NCBI GenBank assembly: GCA_964016885.1 | Contig: OZ024755.1 | Location: forward strand, 8,122,001-8,186,000 | Reading direction: 5' to 3' | Source: Eledone cirrhosa | Taxonomy: Eukaryota | DNA: 64,000 nt | Part shown: positions 59,037 to 64,000 of the stretch, in pieces | Layout: every line of letters starts with the position of its first letter | Numbering within the stretch: position 1 is the stretch's first letter | The notes under the pieces: model-generated | What the model saw: only the letters and a program-made list of their open reading frames with translations | Told to the model about the DNA's origin: nothing | Databases searched by the model: none | Program-made: the position numbers and the translations under genes

Positions 59037-59593
59037 ATAAGGAAGGGTATAAAGCAAGTTATCTGACGATCTAAATGTGGTTGAATGAAAAATCTTTCCT
59101 TCATTTAGCTTACGTTAAGGTGCTTTCTTCTCATATTTGATGGTTAGATGGGATGAAGAGGAGAAGAAGGAGGTAGATGAGGAGGAAGGGGAGGAGGAAG
59201 AGGGAGAAAAAGGAAAAGAAATTTACAGTATTGCAGTAAAAGACTGCAGATTATTAACTGGTGGGATTTCTAGCCGTAGGGAAGTTAATATTGGAAGGCA
59301 GCCATTTCACGCTCAACATAAAATCGTAAAGCAAACGAAGAGAGAAGAGGAATAATTATATAGTTCCTTGGTTCAAGCAGAAACGATGGAAAATTAACAA
59401 GTCTACAGCGTGGTTTGCTGGTTGGTTGGAGGGCAGAAGAGAGACGCTGAAGAGTTCCTTCTGTAGAAGCAACACGAACAAGTAATTACACCAATATCGG
59501 TACACACAATTGGAACACAGAAGACGTATAAACTTAGCTACATATTAACACATGCATGCTGGTAAAGACTCACATATACACACCCATATATAT

Positions 59594-59653
<60 letters not shown>

Positions 59654-59662
59654 GTGTGTATA

Positions 59663-59717
<55 letters not shown>

Positions 59718-59782
59718 ATACACATACATATACATATATATATATATATATATATATGTATATGTATGTGTATATATGTATG

Positions 59783-59838
<56 letters not shown>

Positions 59839-60906
59839 TACGCACATACGTACATGCATACAGATGTACATCCGGACTCACATACATATTTATATATCTA
59901 CAAACATACATAGACAAATACGTACATACATATATAATATATACATATAATATATATATATTTAATATATATATATAATATATATATATATAATAAATAT
60001 ATATATATATATATATAATATATATATAATATATATCTAATATATATATATAATATATATATATATATAATATATATATATATAATATATATATAATATA
60101 TATATATATAATATTTATATATATATAATATATAATATATATATATAATATATATAAATATATATTTGTCTGCCTCTGTTTTTGTTCCCGTCCAACTTTT
60201 CACTATATATATATATATACACATATGTACGCATATACATATGCACATGTATACGGACATACACATAAACACACACATATATGTACACATATTTACACAT
60301 ATATATATACACAGCTATATGTACGTATATATATATATATAAAGTAAAAGTCGACTTTAAAACGTGTAAAGGCAAACATTCGTATAACACTTCTATTACA
60401 ATTGACTGGTCAACTTTACGGTTTGTTTGGCTTGTCAGTAAGCAATAATACCTCATTTAATTACATTCATAGAATAGCAGCACCAGTGGCAACGGCAGCA
60501 GTCACAAACACTACCAGCAGCAGCAGCTACAGCAGTAAGTAGTAGCAACAGTAGCAATAACAAAAGCAGTATAAACAGCAACAGAAGCTGCAGTAATATC
60601 AGAAGTAACAGAAGCAAGAGCAACAACAGCAGCAGTAACAGCAGTAGACATACACACACGCACACACACACACATGTATATATATATATATATATATATA
60701 TAGTCAGAGGGAGATACAGTCAGAGGGAGATATAGTGAGGTGGAGTGGGAGGGTGACAGAGAGTGAGAGAGAGAGTGGAAGAAAAGTAGGGAGAGAAGGA
60801 GAGAGGTACTGCAAGCAACAACACTAGCACTAGCATCAGAAGCAGCAACCAGCAATACATAGGGAGTGAGCGAAACATAGTGACAGAGAAAGAGCGGGCG
60901 AGAGAC

Positions 60907-60957
<51 letters not shown>

Positions 60958-61234
60958 TAGATAGATAGAGAGAGAGCGAGAGGAGGGTGTGTGACAGAGA
61001 TTCAACAGCAAGTTAAGTGGCAGCAGCAGGTTTCTAAGAAAGTAATATATATGGAGATATTAGGATAGGATCAGTCCCAATAACTCCTGTTAAAATGGAG
61101 AATCTCGTCATTCCTTTAGATTTTCAAGTATTCCCTCTCACTGTATGTGTGTCACTCTATGTTCTGTCCTTTTTTTTAACTCTTATTTCTGCAACAGTGG
61201 TTATTTCTGAAGATATTTATTCCACCTCGCTCCA

Positions 61235-61455
61235 TTTCACTCAGCTGTAGTAAGGAGTTGCGACGTCACTGGGGCCAAGCTGTATTGGAATATGCCTTTC
61301 CCTTGAATAACATCAGTGGAGTGTGAAGTAGGGAGGCCGGCGTGCGCGGGTGGCTGACGATCTTCCATAAAAACACCTTGCCCGGTCTTGTGCCTCCCCC
61401 ATTGGGAGCTTTCCAAAAAACCCATCGTCATTCGTGACCGACGTGAGTCGTTATC
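61235..61455 (+). mobile_element. SINE family 2 3' portion
   Basis: Starts with the cactcagctgta central motif. Reverse-complement similarity to 1165-1345. Confidence 0.6.
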
Positions 61456-61560
61456 ATACACACACACACATACACACACACACACACACACGCACACACA
61501 CACACACACATATATGTGAAATACTGTTGGCTTCACGCTCATAATAATTTCTATACTTTC

Positions 61561-61648
<88 letters not shown>

Positions 61649-61679
61649 GAAAGTATAGAAATTATACTTATATATATAT

Positions 61680-62029
61680 ATAGGAAAATGTTCAAGACCC
61701 CGACAGCAGAGCTGAAGCCGTTTCGACGGCTATTTCTTGTCCAGAAACGGCTTCAGCTCTGCCGTCGGGGTCTTGAACATTTTCCTATTACCCACTCTAC
61801 TACCCTAAGTACTGAGTACTCTGGTTCGTTATGGTCCACCTGGTTCCTTACCACACTCCCTTCGTTATATATATATGTAAAAGTTCGGGACCCCGACGGC
61901 TGAGCTCCGGCTATTTCAACAGCTAGGTCCAGCGGGGTCCTGAATCTTTTCATATTACTCACTCTACTACCCCTAGTATAGAGTACTCTGACGAGTAATG
62001 GTCTAACTGATTTTACCGCCTCCATTCTG

Positions 62030-62030
<1 letters not shown>
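61680..62030 (+). mobile_element. Two adjacent Penelope-like family D remnants, each with inverted arms
   Basis: Arms at 61681-61724 and 61744-61787. GAAACGGC-ttcagctct-GCCGTC is an HHR helix III plus GUC. A second diverged copy at 61877-62030 has the same actctactacccta..gagtactctg tail. Confidence 0.6.
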
Positions 62031-62060
<30 letters not shown>

Positions 62061-62429
62061 CATGAAATATATGAAATATAAGAATCAAAGAACTGTTCAA
62101 AACATTTTTGTGCTTACAACTGTTTCCTCCAAACCGAGGTTTGGATTCTTCGGAGCAATTTATTAATGAATGGACAGTTATATGACCTCCTTTTCACCCA
62201 AGAGAGGGAGGAAACAGTTATATATATATACATATATATATACATATATTTACACGGCAGTAAGTTATATCCTTGATCAAGATACTTTATGCAGCTTTTG
62301 CTGGTTTCCGCTTGAGGGTGTGGGTGTGTGTTTGTCTTTGTCCCCCCTCCTCCCTTTCTGTGTATATTTGTTGCTTGTTTTGATGAAATTGTTCCGAAAT
62401 TACAACTAAGGTTTAAGTCTGCTTTGTAA

Positions 62430-62610
62430 TTAACTTGCAAGTGGCTGAGTATTCCAACAATATTGTAGCAATAACGTAGTTTTCAGAGAGAATCTGTGTA
62501 AGAACTTAGTGAACTAGAACAATGTGATATAAAGTGTTTGGCTCAAGTACACAATACGTTGTCAGGAATCGAACTTATGACCATACGACCGTGAGCTGAA
62601 AAAACTAAGA
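62430..62610 (-). mobile_element. Degenerate tRNA-derived SINE
   Basis: Minus strand gttcgattcctgacaacgtattgtgtacttgagccaaacac. Tail similar to 10780-10860. Confidence 0.6.
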
Positions 62611-62887
62611 TCTAAGTTTTCACAACTTTCTGAAGTATTGTGTCCTTTAATATGTATATGTACTCTTTCTTCTCATGAACAAAACACAGGAATGTAATTA
62701 TATTATACATACATATATTTAAACGCAAACACACATACATGTATGTATTTGTGAGTGTGTTTATATATCCGTCTGTATATACTTTCTGTATGTATATAAA
62801 CATCATAGCTTATATATAGTTATACTATTATCAATATTGAACTATGATTCCATTGTAGATACCAAGATCACTAGATATGAAGATAAC

Positions 62888-62940
<53 letters not shown>

Positions 62941-62941
62941 G

Positions 62942-62977
<36 letters not shown>

Positions 62978-63635
62978 CTTTAATTTGACCGGACGTCAAG
63001 ATGTTGCCAGTTTAAAGGATTGCATTTTCTTAGTTATATTTGTAATCTTATGAAAACATATTTAGATGTAGTCTGTCTGGCGACCTTATTTGGCAGCCAT
63101 CTTAAATGAAAAACGACAAAACAAAGCTTGGGTACTTAATCACCAATCCTGTTGCTAAATAACCGCTATATCTATAAATCCCATCTGGGATCTAAAAGTG
63201 ATTCATTTGAAAAAGATATTTCATCTTTGTTATGAATGTCCAGAAGTGTAGAAATATTGGCTCGTTACCACATCGAAGTAGTAATATTTGATGTTGAATT
63301 GATATTGTTTCTTATTTTAAAAGATAAACTGCCATATGTTTCAATTAACTATATGTCATTGTGTTATTGTATGCTTAGTAATTGTTTAAACAACGAAGAT
63401 CTATTGAGAAATAAATGTAACGAATTTAAAAATAAACTGACCTCGACAGGATTTGAAATGGGAGTCAGAACATATACTGCAATGGCGTTTTATCCGGCAG
63501 TCAGTTATTCTGCTAATCCACCACGTTAACATATATCTTTAGAGAAAGTCCGCCATATTGTATTTGCTGACAGTAACGGTATTTTAAAATTGTTGTTAAT
63601 CTCAGTACAAATTATAAACCTCCCAAGAGAAATAT

Positions 63636-63680
<45 letters not shown>

Positions 63681-63716
63681 ATTAAACATTATATATATAC
63701 ACACACACAATTAAGC

Positions 63717-63763
<47 letters not shown>

Positions 63764-64000
63764 ATATATATACACATAGACATATATACATATATATAAA
63801 TAATTATATATATATATATATTGTATGTGTGCATGCGTGTATGTGTGTTTGTGTATATCTACCTACACACACATATATATGTATGTATTTACTTTCAATT
63901 TCTGTTTACAAACACGATAAAATGTATTAAATAGAATTCTATAAGTAAAAAAAATAAATACAACAGTTTGTGATTGAATATACATCAGGAATCAATTATA

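Noticed and set aside
59137-59355. Acidic 72-aa ORF (EEEKKEVDEEEG)
   Set aside because: Product of a GA-rich low-complexity tract with no other coding evidence.

Overview
Non-coding, very AT-rich eukaryotic DNA packed with (TA)n, (CA)n and (GA)n microsatellites, with a 200-N scaffold gap at 25122-25321. The SINE families look like those abundant in octopus (coleoid cephalopod) genomes; this is recognition from memory, not a database result. I found no convincing host protein-coding exon, and nearly all ORF-track entries are microsatellite read-throughs. The window is a retroelement graveyard: many tRNA-derived SINEs (two with 17-bp TSDs), degenerate LINE fragments of the R4, CR1-like, RTE and CRE clades, a mariner-like end and two inverted MITE copies. 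The most notable signal is a set of short Penelope-like (PLE) terminal-repeat remnants, mostly inside (TA)n tracts and often in inverted arrangement. They carry type I hammerhead ribozyme (HHR) folds: three with a canonical CUGAUGA/GAAA core (2454-2514 -, 6859-6914 +, 29542-29605 +), two families with partial or degenerate motifs, and a multi-copy family with a non-canonical CAGAAGA core whose stems are conserved between divergent copies.
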